From an uncultured delta proteobacterium (GTDB lineage: Bacteria; Desulfobacterota; Syntrophobacteria; Syntrophobacterales; Syntrophobacteraceae): a stretch of 64,000 nucleotides of DNA. Both the position numbers and the translations under genes were made by a program. This document shows, one piece after another, positions 31,797 to 42,096 of the stretch. Under the pieces are notes generated by a model. It did not search any database, had not been told where the DNA came from, and saw only the letters and a list, made by a program, of their open reading frames with translations. The stretch is taken from the NCBI GenBank assembly GCA_963808625.1, contig CAWEHK010000051.1, positions 32,001-96,000 on the forward strand, in the 5' to 3' direction. The stretch's first letter is position 1. Each line of letters opens with the position of its first letter.

Positions 31797-33904
31797 CTAA
31801 TACCGCCCTTGCAGCCCCAGTCGAAAAGTCCTTCCCGGCATCGGGTAACCATCAACAAAGGCGTAGTTTCTGTCCGTCAGGTTGTCGACCGCCAGATAGA
31901 GATCGACATATTTGACCGGACGAATGGTAAGACGAGCTCCCAGGACCACATCTCCGCCCTTATCGATCGCCTGGGTGTAGGTGGGAGAAAGATAGTTCCA
32001 ATCCTGGACCAGCTCGGCTCCCATATAAAAGCCGGTAAAGAACAGGGTGAATTTTTTATTGAAGTCCAACTCAATCCCTCCGGTCAGGTCCCACTGGGGT
32101 ACATAAGGAACGGTGTCGGTGCCGAGGATCTCTTCGTAGGCTGGATCCCGCAGTTCCCTTTGGGTGTAATAAACAAGATTCGTGTAAGGCCTTAAGTGCA
32201 TGGGCAGGTCACAAACCGTGAAAGGCTGTCGGTAACTCAAAGTGCCTTCAAAGGCAGAGTAGATGGCTCCCTCCACATTTTGGAAGGTTGTCCAGGTGCA
32301 GTCCCCCTTGACACAAGCGGGAAAACCGGATGAGATGGCATCCTTGTAGTTCGTATAGAACCACCCCAATCCACCATGGAAGCCAGCGTATTCAACATCG
32401 GCTCCGATGTCGTAGGTGGTGCTTGTTTCGGGGCTGAGGGAGGGGTTTCCAACGACCTTCATCCACGACCCGCTCTGATAGCTCCCTGAGAGCTCGTCTG
32501 CGGTGGGGGCGCGAAAGCCGGTGCCCACCGCGGCGCGGCCGGTCAGCCAGTCGAGGAAAGAGTAGGTGAGACCGGTGCGCCAACTGGTGTGATTAAAACT
32601 CTCGCTTTGGGAGACCACATCGAGCCCCTCTGTCGGCTTAATTTCCTCGTTAAAAAGATCGTAGCGGGCCCCCAGGAACAGCGTCAGCTTGTTCCACACG
32701 ATTTTTTGTTCTGCCAGCAGCGCATAATTGTCATAGTGGCTGTCCGGGCTGTAGCTGAAACCGGAGGGCTGGGTGGAGTTGTTGACGCCGATGCCATCCC
32801 ACTGGAAACCCAGCAGCAACCTGCCCGAAGGAGAAGGTGGGAAGACTGAACGGCTTCGTACCCCCTGGGTGTCCGTTTCGGTGGTTGTGGAGGTGTAACC
32901 GTAGGTCGCCAGGGGATAGTCCCACGTCGGTTTATCAAGCACGTTGTAGTAGCTCAGGTGCCAGTTGAGGTCACAGTCGGGGAAAACCCCGTCGTAGGCC
33001 ACTGACCCGTATCCCCGGTAAGGATGCCTTTGTTGTCGGTGTCGTCGGTGGGAAGATAGGTGGGATCGGGGGTCCCGATGTCAAACCCACGATAATAGTT
33101 CCCTACCGCAGAAAAGGTGTGGTCCGGATGAGGAGTTGCCAGAAGGCTCAACGAATAGGCTTCATCGTTGTAGCCGGTATTCGGGACCTTGGTTCCGCCT
33201 CCCATGTCGTAGCTGTCTTGACGAATGGTTCTGCCGGTGAACGAGAATCCCACCTTGTCGTTGAACAGACCTCCGGAAGCACCTCCATAGCCTTTGATAT
33301 AATTCCAACTGCCGCCCTCGACACCGCCATTGACGGAGGGGGTGCCTTTCCCCTTACGGGTGATCAGGTTCACCACGCCGCCCATGGCTGCCGATCCATA
33401 GATGACCGACCCGGGACCGCGCACGATTTCAATTCTTTCGACATTTTCCAGGGGAAGGACCGCGACATTCCCGGTCCCCGCGCGGTGGCCGTCAATGAGC
33501 ACCAGGACGTGGCCTTTGATGTCCGAGCCGGTGGTATTGGTTCGGAAGCCCCGGATGCTGACGGATGAGAGGGCGCCCGGGTATTTCTGCATGGGTTCCG
33601 GAAGGTATTCGGTCAGGAGTTCCGACAAATCATTGGCGCGGGATTCTTCGATTTCCTTTCTCGAAATGACTTGAACAGGAACGGGAACCTCTTTCGTTGG
33701 TGTGGGCAGGAGCGTTGCCGTGACCACCATCTCTTCCAGGTTGGCCTGGGCTGAGCCGCCATGGCTCTTGGCGGCCGACGGAGCGGCGGACCCGGATGCG
33801 ACGGTCGGTGACGGTGGGGAAGAAACCTCTTGAGCTGAGCACATCGAGCACATGCCAAAGAGCAACGCAACGCCAAGTGACAGAGAGACAACCGTTTTAA
33901 ACAT
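31797..33904 (-). CDS. btuB: TonB-dependent cobalamin receptor, BtuB-like (frameshift ~33000)
   Basis: LEEMVVTAT, VSIRGF...VLVLIDG...VERIEIVRGPGSVIYGSAAMGGVVNLIT, GFRAPT, GNPSLSPE, VDNLTDRNY...GYPMPGR; directly downstream of a B12 riboswitch. Confidence 0.85.
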
Positions 33905-33951
33905 GAAACCTCCTCTTCCCCCCTCGGGGATACGGTTAAGGTCTGACATCG

Positions 33952-34117
33952 CTCAGGTCTTCTGGCTCTCGTTCATCCTACTCACCGCGCCTTCCCATTA
34001 CGCCTTGAGCGTCACAGTGGCATTCTGCGGTTTTCGTCCCGATTACAGTCGCGGGGCGGCGGAAGCTTCCCACTTCCTTCCCTTGAATCGATGCAGTGTT
34101 TCCAATGCCTATGGTTC
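33952..34117 (-). ncRNA. Cobalamin riboswitch
   Basis: Minus strand AAGGGAA...GCCCCGCGACTGTAA...GCCACTG...TGGGAAGGC...AGCCAGAAGACCTG (B12 box). Confidence 0.88.
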
Positions 34118-34137
34118 GTGCTTCGTGTATCTACAAT

Positions 34138-35019
34138 CTAAAGATGAGAATATGCCTCCCGTAGATGATCCAACCATACGTCCACGATCTCAGGATATTC
34201 GCCTGTTCCCTTGATGGTAATCTCACACTGATAGCCATTTTTTGTGAGAATCGATTTCCAGCTGTCCGGCCTATCCCCGGCCATATCGTTCATTGCATGG
34301 TCTCCGGCTACCAGCATGAAAGGCATGAGGTAGGTCTTCTTGCTCTTCTTCTCCTGCAGCTTGGGCAAGAGATCATTGAGGGAGGGATATCCATCGACGG
34401 TCGCTATCCAGACATTGGGATCGAGCTCGGATAGAATCTGGTTCATCGCAACGTAGAGAGCGTCAGACGGATGTTTTTCGCTGCCATGCCCCATGAGCAG
34501 GACAACATCCTCCGGCTTCCTGCCGGCCGGAATGTTCTTGAGCATGGCTTTGGCCACTCGCACCATATCGTCGTGCGAAGAGAGCAAAGGCCGCGCGACA
34601 ACGATTTTCTCGAAACCGCCCGCCATCTGGGCAAAGAGGTGAGCATTCTGATAAAGGTTATGAAATTCCTCGCCCGGAATGGTCTGCAAAGAAAGTATGG
34701 CCACATGGGTGTAGCCTTCATCCATGAGCTTTGCCAAGGCGGTTTCGGGAGAATCCAGGACTTTGCCTTCTTTGGCCAGCTTGGTCCTGACAATGGTTGA
34801 GGTGTAGGCCCACCGAATTTCGACTCCGGGAAAAGCCTGCTTTGCCTTGGTATCGATTTGGTCAAAAACCTTTTGGGCTTCGGGAACCGTTGTTCCGAAC
34901 GCTGCCATCAGAATGGCTTTTTTCGGAGCGCGCTTTTCACCGTGCGCCGCAAAACAGGTGGCTGCTGCCAGCGCCATCCAGGCGATCCATAACACTGTGA
35001 ACAGACATCTCTTACACAT
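34138..35019 (-). CDS. cbiK: Sirohydrochlorin cobaltochelatase CbiK with signal peptide
   Basis: AILMAAFGTT, WAYTS, IPGEEF, LMGHGS, PFMLVAGDHAMNDMAG..PDSWKS; hydrophobic N-terminal signal. Confidence 0.9.
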   Translation of the reverse strand: MCKRCLFTVLWIAWMALAAATCFAAHGEKRAPKKAILMAAFGTTVPEAQKVFDQIDTKAKQAFPGVEIRWAYTSTIVRTKLAKEGKVLDSPETALAKLMDEGYTHVAILSLQTIPGEEFHNLYQNAHLFAQMAGGFEKIVVARPLLSSHDDMVRVAKAMLKNIPAGRKPEDVVLLMGHGSEKHPSDALYVAMNQILSELDPNVWIATVDGYPSLNDLLPKLQEKKSKKTYLMPFMLVAGDHAMNDMAGDRPDSWKSILTKNGYQCEITIKGTGEYPEIVDVWLDHLREAYSHL

Positions 35020-35087
35020 TGCTTCATCTCCCCTTCAGAAAAGGTTTTCTCTTCACTCCACCATGGACACTTTCGAGGTCGGTTCGG

Positions 35088-35345
35088 TCATCCGCAGAGC
35101 CGCAAAGCCGTTCCGTAGGGTTCGAGCTTGCCGCAGGCACCATTATAAGCGGCTTTCATGCACGAAATGTGATGCATCCCCCGAGTGATCATGTGCCACC
35201 AACTGTAGGCAATTTCATCTTCCGATGTCGCCACACAGATGGCGGAGGCTCCCAATGAGTTAAGCTGCTCCCTGAAATCCGGCCAGTCCTCCTTGTGGAT
35301 CTCCTCTTTCCCTTCAGTAACATAAAGAATTAGCCCTTTCTTCAT
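35088..35345 (-). CDS. Small hypothetical protein (85 aa), first gene of the B12-regulated operon
   Basis: Strong RBS AAAGGAGGTGG before ATG; MKKGLILYVTEG...WWHMITRGMHHISC... Confidence 0.7.
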   Translation of the reverse strand: MKKGLILYVTEGKEEIHKEDWPDFREQLNSLGASAICVATSEDEIAYSWWHMITRGMHHISCMKAAYNGACGKLEPYGTALRLCG

Positions 35346-35565
35346 GAACCACCTCCTTTCATGAGGTTTGGCACCCGGCAGCAAGGTTGCTCTCGGGCGG
35401 TCACAGAGTTGGTGAAACCGATGCGGGCAAGATGTACCCATGAGGGTTCCTTCACTCCCCCAAAAAAAAATCCCTAGAGCTAGAAGCCCTAAGGATTGCA
35501 CCCTGGTTCACTTGATCCTTCAGCGGTTCATCGGATATCGCTCGTACCGATTCCCCAAAACCACC

Positions 35566-35726
35566 TCAGGCAGGTTTTCTGGCTCACGGATCATCCTACT
35601 CTCCGCGCCTTCCCATCTCGCACTCGCGAAACAGTGGCTCTCACCGGATTTCGTCCCCGTTCACAGCGGCGGGACCGCTCCCGAATCTCACGGGATTCCC
35701 TATTAAACTCAAGTACCTGATGGTTC
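35566..35726 (-). ncRNA. Cobalamin riboswitch
   Basis: Minus strand AATAGGGAATCCCGTGAGATTCGGGAGCGGTCCCGCCGCTGTGA...GCCACTG...TGGGAAGGC...AGCCAGAAAACCTGCC. Confidence 0.93.
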
Positions 35727-36134
35727 GTCAGTAATGTGTCGCCCTTCATATATGGCGTTAAAGACGGTGTCAAGCATTAAAAGCGGCATTTTGCTTGGCA
35801 GAATAAGAACGCTGGTCGGTCTTCACTCTCCTGGGCCATAATGGGTATCGACATTCGCAGGTCCCGGAGGCGTAGGTTTCGAAGAACTTGCAGACGGGAG
35901 ACATGGTCTGGAGAAGCACCAAATCGCATGGAACGGGAAAGTTGCCACGGAAATTATCGAGCACCTGGAAAGACGCCGGACGGAGGTAAGGTTAAAGTGG
36001 CTTTTTTGGACGCGCTCTCAGCTGTTGCGAACGATGGGGGACGTTGGTGAGATTGCTTCCGCCCGCAAAACTGCTTATCTTCGCGAAGAAGAGGAAACTG
36101 AAGTAGATGGGGCCTATGAAAATTTTATTCCTTT

Positions 36135-36255
36135 GAGGCTCTTGCAGAACTCTCCAATTCCGTCACCGCGGCGAAAGCCGGGGTCCAGAAATTCACGAAA
36201 AACCTGGATTCCGGCGTTCGCCGGAATGACGCCCAGGGATTTTTGCAAGGGGCTC
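36135..36255. mobile_element. MITE-like element with REP-type core
   Basis: Imperfect TIRs GAGGCTCTTGCAGAA / TTTTGCAAGGGGCTC; core is the reverse orientation of that at 28384-28518. Confidence 0.65.
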
Positions 36256-36275
36256 CTTTATAAAGGAGGATTGCC

Positions 36276-37122
36276 ATGACCAAGCATTACAACACAGCCC
36301 TGGTGCTTCTTGCCGTAATCGTAAGTCTAAGCGCCCTTGTTCTCTCGCGGGCCGAGACCGTTCCCATTCCGCCCGGCGAGGCTGGGGCCAAAGCCGCACT
36401 GGACACCTCGGTACGCCACCACGAATGGGTCAAGATCGGCGTCCCCGGCACCGAGGTGAAATTGAACACTTTCATCGCCTACCCGGAGCGTAAGGACAAG
36501 GCACCCGTGGTGGTTGTGATCCACGAGGTGTACGGACTTACCGACTGGATCCGAGCCGTGGCCGACCAGTTGGCCGGAGATGGGTTCATTGCCATCGCTC
36601 CCGATCTGCTCTCAGGCCGGGGACCCGGCGGCGGCGGGACCGAAGCGTTCGCCAGTCGCGATGATGTCGTTAAAGCTGTAAGAGACCTTTCGGCGCCGGA
36701 CGTGGTGACCATGCTGAATGCGGTAAGCAGTTACGGAACCAACCTGCCGGCCGCAACCCAGAAGTTCGCGACGGTCGGTTTCTGCTGGGGCGGCGCCCAG
36801 AGTTTTTACTACACAACGGCGCAGCCCAAGCCTCAGCGCAGCGGTAGTCTATTACGGCACGTCCCCGTCTGCGGAGGCTCTGGCGGAGGTCCGTGCACCG
36901 ATAATCGGCTTTTACGGTGAGGACGATGCTCGCGTCACCACCACGGTAGGTCCTGCGGCAGAGAAGATGAAAGCGCTCGAAAAGGAATACGTCACCCACA
37001 TCTACAAGGGTGCGGGACATGGTTTTCTGCGGGCACAGGAAGAACGCAGTGGGGCGAACCTGGAGGCTTCACGACAAGCGTGGCCCGCTACCATTGAATT
37101 TCTGAGGAAGCATCTGGAGTAG
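36276..37122 (+). CDS. Dienelactone hydrolase family protein (frameshift ~36830)
   Basis: VVVIHEVYGL, FIAIAPDL, VGFCWGG, then YGEDDARV...YKGAGHGF. Confidence 0.85.
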
Positions 37123-37167
37123 ACACGAGCTTGTTTCAGCTTGGTTGAAAAGATAGCGGAGCAAGAT

Positions 37168-37485
37168 TCAGGCGACCTCAATGCCATGCTCCCTGATTTC
37201 ATGAATCAGAGGAACCCAGGTGTCGTGAAGGTAGGAATCGGTTGACACCGGCACCGGATGCAACCGGGGATCAATCCGCCAGGCAAGCTGCATGAGCATC
37301 TTGCCTTCATTGAATCGATCTCGCCCGAAGTCGGTGGAGACTACAGCAATATCAAAGTCGCTATCCTCTGACTGCATACCTGAGGCAAAGGAACCGTAAA
37401 GCAACGCCTTGTCAACATGCACGCCGCGCGACGCAAGTGCAGCAACTAACCGTTTCACTATGTCACGGATTTCTTGCGTAACCAT
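37168..37485 (-). CDS. Minimal nucleotidyltransferase (MNT, HEPN-MNT antitoxin type)
   Basis: LYGSFASG...SDFDIAVVS; C-terminal LIHEIREHGIEV. Confidence 0.85.
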   Translation of the reverse strand: MVTQEIRDIVKRLVAALASRGVHVDKALLYGSFASGMQSEDSDFDIAVVSTDFGRDRFNEGKMLMQLAWRIDPRLHPVPVSTDSYLHDTWVPLIHEIREHGIEVA

Positions 37486-37545
37486 TAATAAACCTTCTTG
37501 ATTTGGGCGAACTTCTCTTTCGCGAATTCCCGTGTGCATTTCTGG
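37470..37545 (-). pseudogene. C-terminal remnant of a HEPN protein
   Basis: Frame reads CTREFAKEKFAQIKKVY*WL and overlaps the MNT start, as HEPN C-termini usually do. Confidence 0.45.
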
Positions 37546-37906
37546 CAGAATTCCGTCTTCTATGTCCGCAGTCATCGGTCATACCACGCATGCCGCCGTG
37601 GCACCAGAAAACAGCCAACGTAGCTCTTCGAATGGTTCATAAGACAAGTGCCAAAGCCCGTTGTGACAAGAGGGGGAAAGACCTGACGTTCGCATCTCGA
37701 TCCTCATTGTTAGTTACTCGCGTGTGGACATGATTTTCACGACACAGAGGAACGTGGAAAAGTGCCCCGGCGCTATCATTGCATATCCGGGAAAACTACC
37801 CTATTTCCCAAAAGCTGATGCTACAAATTCAGACACTTATCTCTGCCCACGTAGCTAAAAAAGGCGGAGCCTGTATGCTGAGTTGGGAAATCGCTACGGC
37901 CAACGG

Positions 37907-38269
37907 TCACGCGCTTTGTCTCTGCCTTGGATGTTTTTTGAGCCATTCGCGCAAAACCTGGTTCAAACGAGTCTGCCATCCGTGCCCAGTGGCCTTAAAG
38001 GCTGCCAGAACGTCGGCGTCCAGGCGGATTGTTGTGGAGATTTTGGTGGTGGTAGCCTTGGGGCGGCCTGGCCGAAGTGCCTTGCGAAAGGCTGCCTTGC
38101 TTTCCTCCGTCGGGACTTCCACCCCGGCGACGAACCATCGCCCACGCTCGGCTGGTTCATCGGTCAGCTCAGGGATCTCCTCATATTCATCGGGTTGGAT
38201 CTCATGGGCATCTACCCTTTCAAGATCACTACCCAAGGAGCGAATGGAATCGTTTGCTTTCTCGTTCAT
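37907..38269 (-). CDS. brnA: BrnA family antitoxin
   Basis: YEEIPELTDE, GRPK, KISTTIRLDADVLAAFKATGHGWQTRLNQVLREW. Confidence 0.9.
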   Translation of the reverse strand: MNEKANDSIRSLGSDLERVDAHEIQPDEYEEIPELTDEPAERGRWFVAGVEVPTEESKAAFRKALRPGRPKATTTKISTTIRLDADVLAAFKATGHGWQTRLNQVLREWLKKHPRQRQSA

Positions 38270-38501
38270 TGGCTTTCCTCATGGAGAAAACGTGGCGGGC
38301 ATCGCCGCGTTCGACATAACCAATCACCACCAGGCGTCCTTCAAGCAAGCCGTAACAGATGATGCGCCGCTCTCCATAGTCTCTCCGGGTGTCTACGAAC
38401 TCGAAGGTCGGCCCGGAGAACACGCAGCGAGCATCTTCAAAATCGAGACCTCGATCCCGAAAAACTTTCTCACGCTTGGCCGGATCGTACGTTATTTTCA
38501 T
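38229..38501 (-). CDS. brnT: BrnT family toxin
   Basis: MKITYDPAKR...RGLDFEDA...DYGERR...FSMRKANERE. Confidence 0.9.
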   Translation of the reverse strand: MKITYDPAKREKVFRDRGLDFEDARCVFSGPTFEFVDTRRDYGERRIICYGLLEGRLVVIGYVERGDARHVFSMRKANERESKRFHSLLG

Positions 38502-38853
38502 GACGATTTATTGTAATAACAATAATTCACGGATGCAAGGTCGATTTATGGCTGTTATCAAGGCACCGAAGAAGCTCGCCAGTTTGCAGGGGAACAAAAT
38601 GCCAATTTATAGTGCAACAGACGATATCGCCATGGATATCCTATTAAATTCACACGCTCTTCTTTCAGGTACTGCAGAAGATCAGTTTGAGAAGCCTTTC
38701 GATTGCCAGATGACCAAAGAACCGTGCACAAAGGTAATTCTTCGGGCGCAAAGGGGGTTCACGAGGGTAACAGAAGCCTCCTGATAGCCCATTCTTAACC
38801 TCTAACATCGCATTCTCACAGGAGAGATCATCGGCAAGCAGTGAAAAAATCTT

Positions 38854-38930
38854 TGGTCGGGACGACTGGATTTGAACCAGCGACCTCTGCGTCCCGAACG
38901 CAGCGCTCTACCAAGCTGAGCCACGTCCCG
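38854..38930 (-). tRNA. tRNA-Pro (anticodon CGG)
   Basis: CGGGACGTGGCTCAGCTTGGTAGAGCGCTGCGTTCGGGACGCAGAGGTCGCTGGTTCAAATCCAGTCGTCCCGACCA; cloverleaf with encoded CCA. Confidence 0.97.
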
Positions 38931-39203
38931 ACCGATTAATGTGGTCATTTAGCAGAAATGGACTTGGGTGTCTAGGTTTTTCGCAGGTTTTTCACTCTCA
39001 GGCCCCTTGCAATTCGATTCAGAGCACGGTTAGATTCCCCAAACAGGGTTAGAAGGACTGCGAAGTTTCAGCAGAGGACCGTGATTTGCTGGGCAGGGGC
39101 TTCCGGCGTTGGTATGGCAGGCTGGAAAGCCTGCCCCACACAGCTTGGTGCTTTGTTGAAGAACCGCTACCGTAATCATTGCTGTTTTGGCCTTCGGGAG
39201 GAA

Positions 39204-41192
39204 ATGATCGAAAAGATGGAAGAGGCGGTATCCTCAGAGCTGGTTTCTGAGTCTTCGGAGCGGCTTTCGGAGTCTTCCGAGCAGGTTTCGGGGTATTCAG
39301 AGCAGGCTTCGGAAGTCTCGGCGGCAGATGGCGAAGAGGCTCAATCGGCAGTAAGGAGGCCCATCCCTTGGCCTCCAGGATCGCTGCCATGCCCCATCTG
39401 CCGGGGGTGTATTTTTTTAAGGATGCGGAAGGTTCTATTCTTTATGTGGGGAAGGCCAAGGACCTGAGGAAGCGGACGACGAGTTATTTGCGAGGCTCCG
39501 TTTCGGGGGATATCAAGACCCGGGTATTTCTTGCAAAGGCCACTGATCTTGAATACATCGTGACCTCCGGCGAAAAGGAGGCGCTGCTCCTCGAGGCCAG
39601 CCTCATCAAGAAGCACCGTCCCCGCTACAATGTGATCCTGCGTGACGACAAGAATTATCCGGCGCTGCGCATCGATCCGCGCGAGCCCTTCCCGCGTCTG
39701 GACGTGGTGCGGCGGTTTCAAAAGGATAAAGCGCTCTACTTTGGCCCCTACCCTTCTGCGTACGCCGTTCGGGAAACCCTGAAGGTCCTGAACCAGCTCT
39801 TTCCCTTGCGCCATTGTAAGGGCAAGAAGTTGATGCCACGCGAAAGGCCTTGCCTCAATTATTCGCTTGGTCGGTGCCTCGGCGCCTGTGCCGGCAAGGT
39901 CACTCAGGAGGAATACCGGAAGGCGGTGGATGAAGTGGTGCTCTTTCTCCAGGGAAAGACCGACGCGCTGCAGCAGCAATTGCAGCAGCGCATGACCGAA
40001 GCCGCCGGCACCCTGGATTTTGAGCAGGCTGCCTGGTACCGGGACCGGCTGCAAGGGGTGGCGGCAGTACTGGAAAAACAGCGGATTGTCTCCGATCGTT
40101 TTCGCAACCAGGACGTTCTCGGGCTCCACCAGGAGGCTGGCCGCACCATCCTCTTTGCTCTCTTCATCCGGCAGGGAGTGTTGAACGGGAAGCGGGACTT
40201 CGACCTGAAGGAGGCCCAGGGCGAAAAGGATGAAATTCTACGATCCTTCATTCAGCAGTACTACAGTGAAGGTCGCTTTATCCCTGACGAAATCATCGTC
40301 CCGGTGCCTCTCGAAGACTCGCGAATGGTGGAAGAATGGCTGTCCGAAGCGAAGGCCAGGCGCGTTCGGATATTCCCACCCCGACGGGGCAATCGCCGCC
40401 ACTCTTCTCGATCTCGCCGAAAGCAACGCCCGGGAACGGTTCAACACCCTCCAAAAGCATCAAAAACGGGATGCGAGCATCATCGAGGGCCTTCAGCGCG
40501 TGCTGAAACTTCCGCAGCCCCCGAAGCGCATGGCCTGTGTCGATATTTCCAACATCCAGGGACTGCATGCCGTCGGCGCCATTGTCGTCTTTGCCGATGG
40601 CCGGCCGGATAAGGATTCGTACCGCCATTTCCGCATCGAGGGAAAAGATGAACCGGACGACCCGGCCATGATGGCTGAGGTGGTCGAACGATTTTTCCGC
40701 GATGATTCGGGGATCGCCTCAACCCTCGACCTCCTGGTGCTGGATGGAGGCAAAGGCCAGTTGAACCGGGTGATCCACCTGTTCAAAGAAATGGACCTGA
40801 CCACCCACCCACCAGTCGTCGCCCTTGCCAAAGAACAGGAGGCGGATCGCGGCCCCAAAGGGCGGGGGCTCTATGAAAAAGTCTACCTCCCCGGGCGCAA
40901 GAACCCGGTGTTTCTCTCCCGTTTCCCCGATGTCCTGCACCTCCTCCAGAGGCTGCGCGACGAAGCGCACCGCTTTGCCATCTCCCATTACAAAAACATT
41001 CATGGCCGGGAACTCCTCTCCTCGGCCCTGGACGCCATTCCGGGAGTGGCACGAAAACGCAAACAGGTGCTCCTCCAACATTTCGAAAGCATCGAAACAC
41101 TGAGGCAGGCCAGCCTGGAAGAGCTGCAGAAGATTCCCGGGATTTCGGAGAGGGTGGCGAAAGCGGTTGTGGGAGTGATGAGTGATGAGTGA
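39204..41192 (+). CDS. uvrC: Excinuclease ABC subunit C (frameshifts ~39365 and ~40395)
   Basis: PGVYFFKD...YVGKAKDLRKR (GIY-YIG), FGPYP, CVDISN, DGGKGQ, LRDEAHRFA, HhH domain. Confidence 0.93.
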
Positions 41193-41248
41193 CGAGTGAT
41201 GAGTGATGAGTGACGAGTGATGAGTGATGAGTGACGAGTAATGAGTAG
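41173..41248 (+). repeat. Heptamer tandem array (GAGTGAT/GAGTGAC/GAGTAAT)
   Basis: About ten units overlapping the uvrC stop. Confidence 0.9.
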
Positions 41249-41448
41249 GGGGAGTTGGGAGTTAGGAGCAGGCAGTGGGCAGTAGGGAGCAAAGAGGCGG
41301 TGCGGGATGTGGGGAGCAGGAGATGATGTAGCAGGCATGAGGCGGAGAATATTTGTGGTGGACAGCGCGCATACGCAAGGTTTCACCTGGACCTGTTTCA
41401 CTCCTCACTGCACATCACACCTCGCTGGCCACTCTCACTCCTCATTCC

Positions 41449-41541
41449 CCACTCATCACTCATCACTCGTCCTCATCACTCTCACTCGTCACTCATCACT
41501 CGTCACTCATCACTCATCACTCGTTACTCATTACTCATCAC
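41449..41541 (-). repeat. Inverted heptamer tandem array (ACTCATC/ACTCGTC/ACTCATT)
   Basis: Reverse complement of the 41173 array; overlaps the DUF721 stop. Confidence 0.9.
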
Positions 41542-42079
41542 TTCCCAACGGCATTCGTTTAAGCAGGCGGGCCCCGATTTCCCTCAGGTCCGGGTCCTCA
41601 AGGGTCTTCAGCAGCGCTTTTTCCTCAGGTGTCAAGGGACGGCTGGGGGTTTTCTTTCTTTTCTTCTGGCGGGTCTTGCCCGTTCCGGCTTTCTCCGAAC
41701 CCGAATAATTCGGATTCAATTGTGGAGCGGCTTCCGATAGCTCGCCCACGCGCACGACGATCTTTTCTACCAGAGGATCGGTGCGCCCCAGGTTGATCTT
41801 TTCCATCAGGTGGCCTTTGTGCAGCTCCAGGTGATGCTTCCATACCGCGTCGTAGGCTGCAACCACCAGGACTTTTTGTTTAAGCGAACGGGGTTGGCAG
41901 TAGCGAGCCACCTGGTCTCCGACGAGTTCCTCCCAATCTCCCAGGGGATTGCTGGAAAAGGACGGATGCCGCGCAAGCACCAATCCCACCAGAGGACCCA
42001 ACAGCGAGCCACGCTCCTTGCCTTTTTGGTTCCCGGCTCGCGGCCGGTGGTTTTTGCGCTCAAAACGGTCCACGATCAT
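41531..42079 (-). CDS. DUF721/DciA family protein
   Basis: WEELVGDQVARYCQP..LKQKVLVVAAYDAVWKHHL...LMEKIN...VEKIVVRVG. Confidence 0.75.
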   Translation of the reverse strand: MIVDRFERKNHRPRAGNQKGKERGSLLGPLVGLVLARHPSFSSNPLGDWEELVGDQVARYCQPRSLKQKVLVVAAYDAVWKHHLELHKGHLMEKINLGRTDPLVEKIVVRVGELSEAAPQLNPNYSGSEKAGTGKTRQKKRKKTPSRPLTPEEKALLKTLEDPDLREIGARLLKRMPLGSDE

Positions 42080-42096
42080 TCCCCGCTCATTGGTCT

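Noticed and set aside
35770..36130. Possible small gene between the riboswitch and the hydrolase
   Set aside because: There is no convincing start, RBS or recognisable motif.
41173..41541. Repeat arrays as a CRISPR locus
   Set aside because: They are 7-nt tandem units without unique spacers, and no cas genes are present.
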